A DNA stretch of 64,000 nucleotides, from the IMG/VR virus record IMGVR_UViG_3300045988_175377; one strand, 5' to 3'. The stretch is from a virus. The notes under the pieces were generated by a model that saw only the letters and a list, made by a program, of their open reading frames with translations, made no database searches and was not told the origin of the DNA. The translations under genes and the position numbers were made by a program. Below, one piece after another: positions 34,540 through 44,187 of this stretch (position 1 is the stretch's first letter; every line of letters begins with the position of its first letter).

Positions 34540-36224
34540 GCTTTGATGGTGATTCCGACGATGCGTCGGCGGGTTGGACGGTCGCTGTGCGCTCCACGCT
34601 TATTGATATCGAACAGCGTGTTGCGGAGTACGAGAATGGGGCTTCCCTCGTCAAGGTTAGCGCCGGAGGCGAGCATGTCGAAGAACCGTTCGCACGCCTC
34701 ACCGTCGATTTCGTTGAACGTCCAGTAGAGGAGCGCGGCCATGCTGGTGGACATGAGATGATTGCTTTTCGTGTAGAACGTGCTGGCCTGTCGTAGCGTA
34801 TCCTCCAATTGCGGAGTGCTTTCGATGAACGTCAGCAGTTCATTTCGGGTCGGTGACATGTTGTTGACGCATGCGGCTTCCACACCCAACTGTTCGCTCA
34901 GATAGATGGAACGGGCCACGGTGGAAAGCTGTTTGGCGTTGTTACGGCCTTTCAGTTCGAGCACGTTAGCCATGGTGCGGCTCTTGCCTGCATCCATGGT
35001 CTCCTGCGTGTCTTCGGGCAGTCCGCGAATGACCAGAGTGCGGAACGGAACACCGGATTCGACGCATGCGAGGAGCCTGTGCTGGCCGTCCAACAAGCGT
35101 CCCGTGTTGCTGAATTTGATGGCTTCGCCGTTCATTTTCCAAGCCTTCTGCGCCATGGTTCGGGCGAACAGTTCGACCTGTGTGCGGCTCACGTTGCGGT
35201 TGTTGGTGTTCACGCCGAGCATTTCCTTGGCAACGTCCGGGGTGATGGTTTCAACCCGTCCGGTGATGCTGTCCCAATCGTATTCGTCGGTTTCACCGGC
35301 GTAGGATGGCGTGGCCTTGGGTGCTGGCTCTTCCGGTTTCAAATGGATAAGCAACGTGGTTTTCGGAGCGCCGGAATGCCGTCTGATTTCGGTTTTCGGT
35401 GGTTTCACTTCGACCGTCTCGTACTGTTCGGATTCCTCGACCTGATTCATGGCGAACGCGAACGCGGTCATGGTGAACGCGAGCATGAACCTGTCCACGC
35501 TTCGTTTCGGAGGGAACTGTCTCATCCCGTCGATGATGCGGGTGGCGTCCGAATGGGTGATGTATGGGCAGTGGTTCACAACCGTGTCCAGTCCGCCCTC
35601 GTATTCCTTATGGGTGAGGAAGACGAATGGTGCGAGGGGAGTACTCGCCTGTGCCATTCCCTTGAAGCATTGTCCGACCTCATTGTAGATTTCACCAACC
35701 TGACGGTAACGTGAAACAGTGTCGATGCCATACTCGTCCACGGGATTCGTGTACTCGTATTCGTTGCTTTTGAAGATGCGTTCGTTGTATCGGCTGGCTT
35801 CGCGTAGTCCGGGGCAACGTCCGAAACCGAGCGTGGTTCCGTTGCCTTTCGTACCGTCAGTCCGTTTCAGATTGTCCTTGCTCAGCCAGTAGGCTTCCAT
35901 GTCCGCGATGAATGTTTTCGCCGCGACTTTCTTGGTGAGGTTCCGTCCGGTCATACGGGCGAAGTATTCTCCTTCGACGCCGGTGAGTACCGGCAGTCCG
36001 GTTCCGACGAACAGATTATCAGGCAGGAGGCCGTACCATTCGGGGTTGATTTCATGGTCGCTCATGTAGGAGAGAATCCGTCCCACGCTGTCACGGTCGA
36101 TGAACACGGTTCGCGCGTTGGCGAACGGGTCAACGTCGAGATTCAACGCCTTGCATGTCGGGAGGAGGTCTTTCTGAATCATGGTCATGAACCGTGGTTC
36201 GGTTTTGATGTCTTTGTTAGGCAT
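34461..36224 (-). CDS. ParB/Srx-fold nuclease-domain protein (587 aa)
   Basis: C-terminal FSNTGRLLDGQHRLLACVESG...IRGL matches the ParB N-terminal/sulfiredoxin nuclease motif (DGxHR). Confidence 0.6.
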   Translation of the reverse strand: MPNKDIKTEPRFMTMIQKDLLPTCKALNLDVDPFANARTVFIDRDSVGRILSYMSDHEINPEWYGLLPDNLFVGTGLPVLTGVEGEYFARMTGRNLTKKVAAKTFIADMEAYWLSKDNLKRTDGTKGNGTTLGFGRCPGLREASRYNERIFKSNEYEYTNPVDEYGIDTVSRYRQVGEIYNEVGQCFKGMAQASTPLAPFVFLTHKEYEGGLDTVVNHCPYITHSDATRIIDGMRQFPPKRSVDRFMLAFTMTAFAFAMNQVEESEQYETVEVKPPKTEIRRHSGAPKTTLLIHLKPEEPAPKATPSYAGETDEYDWDSITGRVETITPDVAKEMLGVNTNNRNVSRTQVELFARTMAQKAWKMNGEAIKFSNTGRLLDGQHRLLACVESGVPFRTLVIRGLPEDTQETMDAGKSRTMANVLELKGRNNAKQLSTVARSIYLSEQLGVEAACVNNMSPTRNELLTFIESTPQLEDTLRQASTFYTKSNHLMSTSMAALLYWTFNEIDGEACERFFDMLASGANLDEGSPILVLRNTLFDINKRGAHSDRPTRRRIVGITIKAWNKWRGGATVKLLKFSPNEQFPDAI

Positions 36225-36768
36225 GGTTTCCTTCCTTCAATCGTTTCAGTATCCGGTAGGTTTTGGGGGCGCAACCGGATGGATTGTGTTCCTCTTTCCG
36301 ATACTGTTTTTCGAGTTCGTCCCAATGGTCGATGATGGTTTTCCAATCGTCCGACACATCGCGCATGAGACTCAGATAGGCACGTGCGACTGGCACCATG
36401 TCGAACATTCCGAGTATCCGACGTAGGTCTCCGGGGTCTTTCGGAGTGTCCTCGCAACCATGTTTGCGCGTGCCGTTCACGGTCATTGTGATTCCGGTGA
36501 GCCGTTGGACGATGGCGAGCGAGCTGATGCCCACGTCACCGTTGGCGAGCCATGCGGCGAACAGTTCCAACGGAAGTCTGGGACTGTCCGTCATGCCGTC
36601 GGAGGCTGGGTTGAGGTTGGCAACGAGCCTGTTCTTCGGAACGTCCGCGATGATGTCCGGCTGGGTTTCGGAGTCGGGCATCCGACCGTAGACGAGATGG
36701 TTGTTGACGAGTATGGACGGTTGTCGGCCACCATATACGCCGATGGTGCAGACGGTGTCTTCGACCAT
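36217..36768 (-). CDS. hypothetical protein (183 aa)
   Basis: ORF only. Confidence 0.4.
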   Translation of the reverse strand: MVEDTVCTIGVYGGRQPSILVNNHLVYGRMPDSETQPDIIADVPKNRLVANLNPASDGMTDSPRLPLELFAAWLANGDVGISSLAIVQRLTGITMTVNGTRKHGCEDTPKDPGDLRRILGMFDMVPVARAYLSLMRDVSDDWKTIIDHWDELEKQYRKEEHNPSGCAPKTYRILKRLKEGNHA

Positions 36769-36771
36769 GGT

Positions 36772-36996
36772 TCACGCTTCCATCCAGCGGATGCTTTCGT
36801 TGAGGAAGTCTCTGATTTTGCGGAGGGTTTCTATATCGTTGACGACGACGCTGGTCGCGGTGTCGCTGTCGGTGATGGTGAACATGAGTTCCTTGCCGAA
36901 GCTGGGGGATTGGAGGATGGTGAGCTTGTTTGTTCCCTCGTTGTCGATGACTTGGAGTGCGGATGTGTTGCCGTTGTCGTATTCGGTTGCGCTCAT
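36772..36996 (-). CDS. hypothetical protein (74 aa)
   Basis: ORF; first gene of the minus-strand block. Confidence 0.35.
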   Translation of the reverse strand: MSATEYDNGNTSALQVIDNEGTNKLTILQSPSFGKELMFTITDSDTATSVVVNDIETLRKIRDFLNESIRWMEA

Positions 36997-37120
36997 TGTT
37001 TTTGTGGTCTTTTCCGTTCCTGTGGAATGTTTTGTGTGGGCGAGGTCAGCTTAACACACTAGGTGGGGGTATGCAAGCGTTCGGAGATTCGCAGTCGGAT
37101 GATTTGCGTTCGACCACACC

Positions 37121-37153
37121 CTTTGTTATACTGGAAACGTCCACAAAAAAGGG
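37121..37153 (+). promoter_or_regulatory. conserved promoter/leader motif, copy 15 (plus-strand orientation)
   Basis: TTGTTATACTGGAAACGTCCACAAAAAAGGGAG upstream of the plus-strand block starting at 37196. Confidence 0.55.
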
Positions 37154-37195
37154 AGCCACACACTCCCCAACACGCCAGAACAAAAAGAAGAAACC

Positions 37196-37372
37196 ATGAG
37201 CAAACAGACGGAAAACAACATCAACCTGACACTGACACTCATCACAATCGTCAGCGCACTCCTCATGTGGAGACAGGATTACGGACACGTGGTAATGGCA
37301 ATCACCAGCATCACATTCCTACTCAGCTCCACCGCACTGTTCGCTCACTTCATCAAGAAACTCGACGCCTAA
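37196..37372 (+). CDS. small membrane protein (58 aa)
   Basis: MSKQTENNINLTLTLITIVSALLMW...; two hydrophobic segments; below the ORF-track cutoff. Confidence 0.3.
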   Translation: MSKQTENNINLTLTLITIVSALLMWRQDYGHVVMAITSITFLLSSTALFAHFIKKLDA

Positions 37373-37440
37373 AACAAACAGGAATGCCCCAGCCCGAACG
37401 GACTGGGGCATAGGCATGTTCGCAGGAATGAAGGAAACCA

Positions 37441-37821
37441 ATGGACGATAAAAACAACACCGAACGAGAGCCGAGAACCGAAGTGGAACGACTCCTGTTC
37501 AAGAACGAACGCATGCAGGACGCGCTGCTCGACCTCAAGGACACCATGAGCAGAATGATTGGCGAAGGCCGACTGCCAAACGACGACGAGGTACACCAAT
37601 GGTTTGAGGGAATCGACCGCAAACTCGAACACGAAGCCGCCGACCGTGAGGTGTTGCTGTTCAACCATGGGGCCATGACCACAGTGCTCCCGAAGTCCAC
37701 TGAACGATACCAACCCGACCTTCAAGTCCGATATCAGGAAATCCTCACCACATGCAACAAAGCGTATGCGGACGCCGACTACAAATATTGGATTGGCCGT
37801 TTCCAACAGGCCGGACTCTGA
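37441..37821 (+). CDS. hypothetical protein (126 aa)
   Basis: ORF only. Confidence 0.4.
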   Translation: MDDKNNTEREPRTEVERLLFKNERMQDALLDLKDTMSRMIGEGRLPNDDEVHQWFEGIDRKLEHEAADREVLLFNHGAMTTVLPKSTERYQPDLQVRYQEILTTCNKAYADADYKYWIGRFQQAGL

Positions 37822-37879
37822 CCTGAAAAACGCAATCCGAGCACAGTGGACAACACGAAAGGAGTATTCGGACAGGACA

Positions 37880-38221
37880 ATGCCGGAAACCATACAGACA
37901 TACCATCCAACGTTCGAGAAGGCCAAGAAGCTCTTCAACCTGCGTAAAAGATTGTGGGAGATAGCCGACGGTAAAAGCGACGGAACAATCTCATATGAGG
38001 AGGCGAACCATCTCGCCGTGGACGCGGTGGCGACCACCAACGGAGGAATGCCACGAGCCACGAGCGGCCCCATGGTACGACTCTGCAAGCTTTGCACCAA
38101 CGGTTGGATTCGTGAAGCGGCAAATGAGATGGGCTTGGTTTACCCGGACTTGGACTATCCGGAACGGTGGGGCAAACATCGAGACCATAGCCGTAAAAAG
38201 GAAAGGAAGGCAACGATTTGA
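37880..38221 (+). CDS. hypothetical protein, paralog pair member 1
   Basis: Shares ...CxNGWIREAxxxxxLxYPxLDxPxxW motif with 38218..38559. Confidence 0.4.
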   Translation: MPETIQTYHPTFEKAKKLFNLRKRLWEIADGKSDGTISYEEANHLAVDAVATTNGGMPRATSGPMVRLCKLCTNGWIREAANEMGLVYPDLDYPERWGKHRDHSRKKERKATI

Positions 38222-38559
38222 GCGGCAACGGATTCGGCAAGGAAGACATAAGCAGAACAGCCATTCCGGCACGCCCATACGCCAAGGATATGGCTACCAT
38301 CAACCGTCTGATAGCAAGGTTGCAAACCATTTCGGACGATAAGGCCAAAGGGAAAATCACATTCCAACAGGCGAACAAGAAGGCTGTGGAAGCAATCCAC
38401 AAGGCACGGAACACCAAGTCGAAGTCCCTGCAACGCAAGCCATTAGATTATTTAGAACGTATCTGCGAGAACGGTTGGATTCGGGAAGCTGTGCGAAAGA
38501 TTCCCGAACTGTACCCGTATCTCGACCATCCAGATTTGTGGCTTCGTAAAGGCGTCTGA
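38218..38559 (+). CDS. hypothetical protein, paralog pair member 2
   Basis: ICENGWIREAVRKIPELYPYLDHPDLW; overlaps the upstream gene by 4 nt. Confidence 0.4.
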   Translation: MSGNGFGKEDISRTAIPARPYAKDMATINRLIARLQTISDDKAKGKITFQQANKKAVEAIHKARNTKSKSLQRKPLDYLERICENGWIREAVRKIPELYPYLDHPDLWLRKGV

Positions 38560-38789
38560 TGTATTCCAAAGAGCAGATATGTTGCATGGTTTCTCTCATA
38601 ATATTGTCGGCGTTGAGCTTGACCGCGCTGGTGCATTACGCTCGACTGTCGATAGGAAGAATGAGTCGGATGCCTGACGAGAAATCCCGTTCAGACCTGT
38701 TCAACTATCGGCTGATGACCGTCGTGTCACTGCTGGTGTTGTCGGTTTCGGTGGGTTCCATCATCGTCTATGGTTCCTCTCTCAAATAA
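38559..38789 (+). CDS. small membrane protein (76 aa)
   Basis: Two hydrophobic helices. Confidence 0.3.
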   Translation: MYSKEQICCMVSLIILSALSLTALVHYARLSIGRMSRMPDEKSRSDLFNYRLMTVVSLLVLSVSVGSIIVYGSSLK

Positions 38790-38885
38790 TTGGAAGACTG
38801 CCGTATTTATATTTCCTTCTACTTCCCAAACATTGACCATAACGTTTATTGACAAGAATCATTTTCAGAAAGCAGGAAGGTCAGT

Positions 38886-39842
38886 ATGTTAAACAGCACG
38901 GAAATGCTTCGACTGGTCAGAGCTGCATGCAACGGAGACCATTTGAAATTTGCACAGCAAATCGAACTGCTTGCGGATTCTGCGGAGAAAGCCAAGCCGA
39001 CCGCTTACACCACGAATCTACGTCGGCTGGCGGAGTCGGAACGCGAGAAGGGACTGGCTGTCAATGCGAGTCTGGTACCGGTTGACGGGTTGACCGAACC
39101 GTTGCTCCCACCGGACGGTACTCATAAGCCTGTGTGGGATAAGACCGTGCGGGAACTATTGGACGGACTGGTTGCCGAGTATAAGAAACTGGATGTTCTG
39201 ACAGCGCATAATCTCGCTCCCCGTAATCGAATCATACTCACTGGAGCGCCCGGTACGGGCAAGACCACCTTTGCTTCCATCCTGTCGGAGAGGCTTGGAC
39301 TGGACGGTGTTATTCTTCGTGCAGACCGTGTTATCAGCAGTCAGCTCGGTAAGACGTTAACCAATATCGCCTTGGTGTTCGACCGGCTACACGTGGAACG
39401 AAAGCTCCTGTTCATAGACGAATGCGACATGCTTCTTGCCCGACGCGACAACTCCCATGACGTTGCCGAAATGCGTCGAGCCACCAATCTCGTACTCCAG
39501 AAAATCGACACGCTACCAGATGATTGCATTCTCGTCTGCGCCACCAACATGAGCAGTCTTATAGACCGTGCCGCATGGCGTAGGTTCGACGTCCGGGTTC
39601 ATATGACACTACCGGACAAGGCGACTTCAAGACTCATCATCATGCGCCGACTCAAGGAGTTGAACATCCAAGCCGACGTTCAACCGCTCGACATCGACAT
39701 AGAAGACGTTAGTCCGGCCCTGCTTGTCCAAACCGTGGACAATCTGTCCCGTAAGACTTTGATTTCCGGTTCGGAAACCATTCCGACCGACCTGTTCGTC
39801 AATGCTTTCAACTCTCTGAAGATGGAGGTTTCCAACCAGTGA
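38886..39842 (+). CDS. AAA+ ATPase (classical AAA family)
   Basis: Walker A ILTGAPGTGKTT, Walker B LLFIDECD, sensor/arginine finger region; N-terminal helical extension. Confidence 0.65.
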   Translation: MLNSTEMLRLVRAACNGDHLKFAQQIELLADSAEKAKPTAYTTNLRRLAESEREKGLAVNASLVPVDGLTEPLLPPDGTHKPVWDKTVRELLDGLVAEYKKLDVLTAHNLAPRNRIILTGAPGTGKTTFASILSERLGLDGVILRADRVISSQLGKTLTNIALVFDRLHVERKLLFIDECDMLLARRDNSHDVAEMRRATNLVLQKIDTLPDDCILVCATNMSSLIDRAAWRRFDVRVHMTLPDKATSRLIIMRRLKELNIQADVQPLDIDIEDVSPALLVQTVDNLSRKTLISGSETIPTDLFVNAFNSLKMEVSNQ

Positions 39843-40105
39843 ACCGTGACGGATACAAGTTCGATATCAATGTCCGCAGAAACGGTTTCATGTCATATCT
39901 GTGGAGCGCCGAAGTGGAAGATGAAGGATTCTTCACTCCCATTGCGAACGGTACTGCCCACACTCTCAACGGCGGCAAGAAAGCCGCTATGAAACAAGCG
40001 AGAAAGTGGGCGCAACACCAGCTCGCCCACCCCAGTGAAAAGGAAAGGTGGGCGGAATGTGCGACGATGAGCAACACCAAAACCAGACACCGGCGAAGTC
40101 ACTGA
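39839..40105 (+). CDS. hypothetical protein (88 aa)
   Basis: Overlaps the AAA gene stop by 4 nt. Confidence 0.35.
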   Translation: MNRDGYKFDINVRRNGFMSYLWSAEVEDEGFFTPIANGTAHTLNGGKKAAMKQARKWAQHQLAHPSEKERWAECATMSNTKTRHRRSH

Positions 40106-40356
40106 AACGTTCCGGAAGGCAACCGAAACTATCCGATGTCGTCATGCTCGACCGGGGTTGTCAACTGTGGATTCGTGAAGCCCGTAAAGGGAACATCACG
40201 GACACGTCGAAGACCTTGGAGAAGATTCGGTATCAGCTTCGATTGGAACGTCGTGTGGCCGGACAATCCGGTTCTGGACTTCGTAGACCTGTGGGTAGGG
40301 ATAAAAAACCCGATACGGATGGGAACGGTTTAAAGCCGGATAGGAAAGACTTATAA
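40048..40356 (+). CDS. hypothetical basic protein (102 aa)
   Basis: ORF; followed by a terminator. Confidence 0.3.
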   Translation: MGGMCDDEQHQNQTPAKSLKRSGRQPKLSDVVMLDRGCQLWIREARKGNITDTSKTLEKIRYQLRLERRVAGQSGSGLRRPVGRDKKPDTDGNGLKPDRKDL

Positions 40357-40364
40357 CCTATAAG

Positions 40365-40400
40365 GGTGCCGGTGGACGATGCTGTCAACCGGCACCTTTT
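40365..40400 (+). terminator. rho-independent terminator
   Basis: GGTGCCGGT-N-ACCGGCACC hairpin followed by TTTT. Confidence 0.55.
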
Positions 40401-40480
40401 GGTATCCGACCTCACAATACTGGGGGTATCATTGTGTTATCGACGGAACCACACGCCCGTCATTTTTATAAGGAGACACA

Positions 40481-41245
40481 ATGAACGAAGGAACCTATGG
40501 GCTGGAGACCCTGAAAGCCGACTATCATACGATACTCGGCTACGATATCGGCTATCTCACCGCGGAATCCTATCCACTGTTCGCACCCTATCGTGCGAAA
40601 ACCAAGAACAGTTTCTCCGGTAGAGTACCGAGACTGTTAAGCATAATCATCACCACTCTCATCAACACGCCAAGCCGCGAATGGGATGCGGAAACCCGCA
40701 CGCTCACCATCGGTGACGACTTCTTCTTCCTCGCCAACAAATGCGGGTTGAACAGTGGAGGAGACGGACGCACTACCGTCCGGAACCAGCTTCTCATGCT
40801 CTCGTCAATCCAGTTCACCGGAGCGGACGGAGTCAAAGTCACGCCGGTCGAACACACCGAAATCACCGCCGACAGTCTCACTATCGAGCATCGGAAAATC
40901 ACGTTCACGGAACCGTTCGTAAAAATGATGACAAGGAACGTCCGGCAGATGCCGTTGAAGTGTCTGTACCCCAACGCGGGTAGCGCCATAGCGATAGACC
41001 TGCTCGTATTGGCGGCATTGTATTGTCCGAACGACCATAGGCTCATCATCGAACGGGCAGACCTTCCATCACTGCTTCCAGCAAGCAGGCAAAGCCTCTC
41101 CAAGCAGAATCTTCTAAATAGATTCAAGGAGTTGAACGACAGTCAGAACGAGTGGACGTATCGTATAACGAAATACAGCGTGACCATCAGCCCGTTCGGA
41201 GTGTACTCGTCCGAAGACGCTTTGAGATTACGTCGCAGACAATAG
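40481..41245 (+). CDS. hypothetical protein, possibly replication-initiator/winged-helix-like
   Basis: 254 aa; assignment is weak, by general resemblance and plasmid context only. Confidence 0.3.
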   Translation: MNEGTYGLETLKADYHTILGYDIGYLTAESYPLFAPYRAKTKNSFSGRVPRLLSIIITTLINTPSREWDAETRTLTIGDDFFFLANKCGLNSGGDGRTTVRNQLLMLSSIQFTGADGVKVTPVEHTEITADSLTIEHRKITFTEPFVKMMTRNVRQMPLKCLYPNAGSAIAIDLLVLAALYCPNDHRLIIERADLPSLLPASRQSLSKQNLLNRFKELNDSQNEWTYRITKYSVTISPFGVYSSEDALRLRRRQ

Positions 41246-41267
41246 TCCAAGCTTGAAAAGAGGGGAG

Positions 41268-41300
41268 CCGACCGTAAGGCCGACTCCCCTCAATGATGTC
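41268..41300. terminator. bidirectional terminator-like hairpin between convergent genes
   Basis: AGGGGAGCCGACC-gtaa-GGCCGACTCCCCT imperfect stem. Confidence 0.4.
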
Positions 41301-41311
41301 GGAATGGGAAC

Positions 41312-42034
41312 TCAGATTTTCAGCTCATCGATAACGGAAAGGTCAACACCGTCACCCCAATTATCGACAATCTTGCTCAGGTTCTTACGCATTCCGGCAG
41401 GAGACTGGTCGTCAACTGGACGGCCGAAATTCTTCTCCGGCGCGACCGCGTTCAGCACGGAGAACAGCAGGTTGGTCATATCCTTGCCCTGCGCGAACAC
41501 CAACGTCACCTCTGCGGCAATCATGCCCGGCTCGGCTGTAGCCAACCCTTCCAACGCGGACGCGAACTCGGAGATTCGACGTTGGTTCTTCGGCTCGGTC
41601 AATGCGTCCAGCACTGCTTCCGGAGTGCTCTTCTTCGTATCGGTCAACGCCTTGGCAAGAGAAACCACACGCTCGTCATCCAACGATTTGACAAGAGGAA
41701 TCAGCTTCTTGCCGAACTGTTCCTCGATGTGCGGCATGGTCTTTTCACGCGGTTTGCGATTGGAACGGCCCTTACCTTTCCCCTTCGGCTTGTCTTCGGT
41801 TTCAGTGGACTCAGCGTCCACGTTCATGTCCTCACCATCAGCCGGTGCGGACACGTCAGCGACAGGTTCCGAACTCTCCTGATTAAGAGAATCGGATTCC
41901 GTCTGCGACTCCTCGACAGAAGACTGCTCCGGTTCAGCATAATTGTCGGAACCGTAACCATTGTCCTGCTCCGACTGCTGGTTGTTGTTGAATCCCCAAT
42001 TGGTGAAGTCTGGCATCATACCTTCTTTCGTCAT
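41312..42034 (-). CDS. hypothetical acidic protein (240 aa)
   Basis: Asp/Glu/Ser/Gln-rich N-terminal half, KGKGKGRSNRKPREK basic patch, structured C-terminal half. Confidence 0.45.
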   Translation of the reverse strand: MTKEGMMPDFTNWGFNNNQQSEQDNGYGSDNYAEPEQSSVEESQTESDSLNQESSEPVADVSAPADGEDMNVDAESTETEDKPKGKGKGRSNRKPREKTMPHIEEQFGKKLIPLVKSLDDERVVSLAKALTDTKKSTPEAVLDALTEPKNQRRISEFASALEGLATAEPGMIAAEVTLVFAQGKDMTNLLFSVLNAVAPEKNFGRPVDDQSPAGMRKNLSKIVDNWGDGVDLSVIDELKI

Positions 42035-42289
42035 ATCCAGCGAACACTCCGGTCGTACAGGCTGTTAACAGTCGGAACGAGGTGTTCTGTATTTTCAATT
42101 TACGAGTGTAACGCCCGACGGCATCCCTAAACGGGGAAAACGGGAAAAACAATTCCCCGCGCCGCCCGCGCCGGTAGTTCCAACAGAAAAGCGGAACCAA
42201 AAAGAGTCCCCAACAAATATGAAAAAAGGAACAGCACCTGACCATTATCAGAAAAACCATGAAAACCATCCAGTCCACGCCGGTAGGTC

Positions 42290-42960
42290 AACATGAATAG
42301 CAGACTCAAAAAAGAAAAGAGAAAAACCAAAAAACAAAAAGACAAAAAGATAGAAAACACTCCCCACCAAAAATCAGAAAACAAACACCATCACATCAAA
42401 AAGAAGAACCAAGAAAACCAGAAAGAAAAGAAAAAAAAAGAAAAAGAAGAACATAAGAGAAATAAGAGAAGACATCCTAAGCAAATAGAAGCAACAGAAG
42501 AACAGGACAATACTCAGCAACATAATCAGGAAAGGAACAACAGAGAAAAGGACAATAGAAGAAGAAACGTCTACCCCTAAATCGGGAATACAACGTATGA
42601 AAACAACAGAGGCAACGCAACCATCCACCAAAAGAACAACATATCAACCCATATGACATACAGGACAGAAGAACAACAGTACCCAAACGCCCCAAGAAAC
42701 AAGAAAAGCAACAAGCCACACCATCACAAGACAAACCGAACACCAGTATCAACACGACGGCACACAACAACCACAGCACAAAACGACAACAGCGAAAAGG
42801 TCAATAGTCTCACTAACAAGGTCAACGACAATCAGAACAAGGTAACATCAATACAGGAACAGCCAATGCAATGAAAAAAGCAACAGCAAAACCAACAAAA
42901 AACTAAATATCAAAAACTATAAATGCCAGAACTCGGACAAAACCGTAAACGTTCCGATGA
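42290..42960 (+). other. T-depleted, A-rich intergenic tract (low complexity, strong strand asymmetry)
   Basis: ~670 bp with roughly 50% A and ~5% T on the top strand in an otherwise high-GC replicon; ORFs here are composition artefacts. Confidence 0.7.
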
Positions 42961-42972
42961 AAACAACGGAAC

Positions 42973-44187
42973 ATGACCCATCAGGAGGCGGTCTTATTGG
43001 AAAAACGAACGATTTCCCTGATAATCGGCTCCGGAGGGCTACTCACAACCATCAAAAAGGCCCTTACGAGAGCCGGAAACATGCGTTGGCAGGTGCCCGC
43101 CGCAGACAATATTCAAGCACAGGCCGACTATCTGATAAGACATCCGGTGCCCTCCGGGTTCAAAGGAATCATCTTCACCGACAGGGCTGGAAACTGGCTT
43201 CCGATAGCCAACGCCGGATACATGGTCTACTGGTGCAACACCGGTCAGATACCGGTCGGAGCCATGGGCATGAGCGAACAGATGTTACGCATGAGCGTGG
43301 CTGATTTCGCACGGACTTATTGGGGAATCCAGCTTGCGGACAAGCGTCTCGTAGTCGATATCCTCCAAAACAAAGTGAAGGAGACTGCGGTTCTCCTACC
43401 CATCACATCCAACACCGGAGGAGTGGGGAAGACCACGTCCAGCCGACAGTTGGCAGACCGTGCGTCGCAAGCCGGATTGCGTGTTCTACTCATCGACGGG
43501 AACATCCGGCAGTCCAGCCAACGTAGTTTTTTTGACCCGAGACAGGACAAGCCATTGCATACGATAGCCGACTGGCGACCGGGCATGCAGGTGCAGGTTG
43601 GAGCCAATCGAGGACGTGACCTTGGGGTTCCATACGATATCTGTTTCGCACCTCCAGCGGGCGTCGGAGTGGACTGGCAGATATACCGTCAGTACATCCA
43701 AGCGGCACGCCGACTGTGGGATTTCGTCGTGCTCGACCTTGACCGAATCAGCGCGGACGATTTGGATGATAGGGAGAATATCGCCAACGGTTTACTGCTT
43801 CCATACATTCAATCGGGAGACCCTTGTCTGGTTATCGTCAAGGCTGGAAGGCAGACGCAGATAGACGCGTTGAATCTGCTGACGGCCTTGGCTGAGCATC
43901 ATCTTCCGAAGGAACTCATCGGCATCAAGGACACTGTTCCGGTCGGATTGCAAGGTTACAGGCGACTCGACTATACGAGATACGGAACGTTTCTCGGAAC
44001 CGAATATCAGACGGTCGAGGCAAGCAACCATATCGCCAACGGTGATGTCAGATGGGATGACCCCGGTCTTGCTTTTGCTAGGGAGAACATTCTTAACTGG
44101 GCTTTGCCCGACCGTGGTTTTAATCCGGAAAGATTCAATCCGAACGCTAAGAACAGTGAAGGAAAGAAAGGTCGTGGGCGTAAGTGA
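42973..44187 (+). CDS. ParA/MinD-superfamily ATPase with N-terminal extension (CpaE/TadZ-like)
   Basis: Deviant Walker A ITSNTGGVGKTTSS, LLIDGN Walker B-like; N-terminal ~150-aa receiver-like extension. Confidence 0.55.
   Translation: MTHQEAVLLEKRTISLIIGSGGLLTTIKKALTRAGNMRWQVPAADNIQAQADYLIRHPVPSGFKGIIFTDRAGNWLPIANAGYMVYWCNTGQIPVGAMGMSEQMLRMSVADFARTYWGIQLADKRLVVDILQNKVKETAVLLPITSNTGGVGKTTSSRQLADRASQAGLRVLLIDGNIRQSSQRSFFDPRQDKPLHTIADWRPGMQVQVGANRGRDLGVPYDICFAPPAGVGVDWQIYRQYIQAARRLWDFVVLDLDRISADDLDDRENIANGLLLPYIQSGDPCLVIVKAGRQTQIDALNLLTALAEHHLPKELIGIKDTVPVGLQGYRRLDYTRYGTFLGTEYQTVEASNHIANGDVRWDDPGLAFARENILNWALPDRGFNPERFNPNAKNSEGKKGRGRK

Noticed and set aside
42293-42874. Lys/Glu/Asn-rich ORFs (95 aa, 73 aa) and Phe/Leu-rich antisense ORFs in the A-rich tract
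   Set aside because: They are consequences of T-depleted composition (stop codons rare in all frames); there are no RBSs, and the ORFs are broken and overlapping in several frames.
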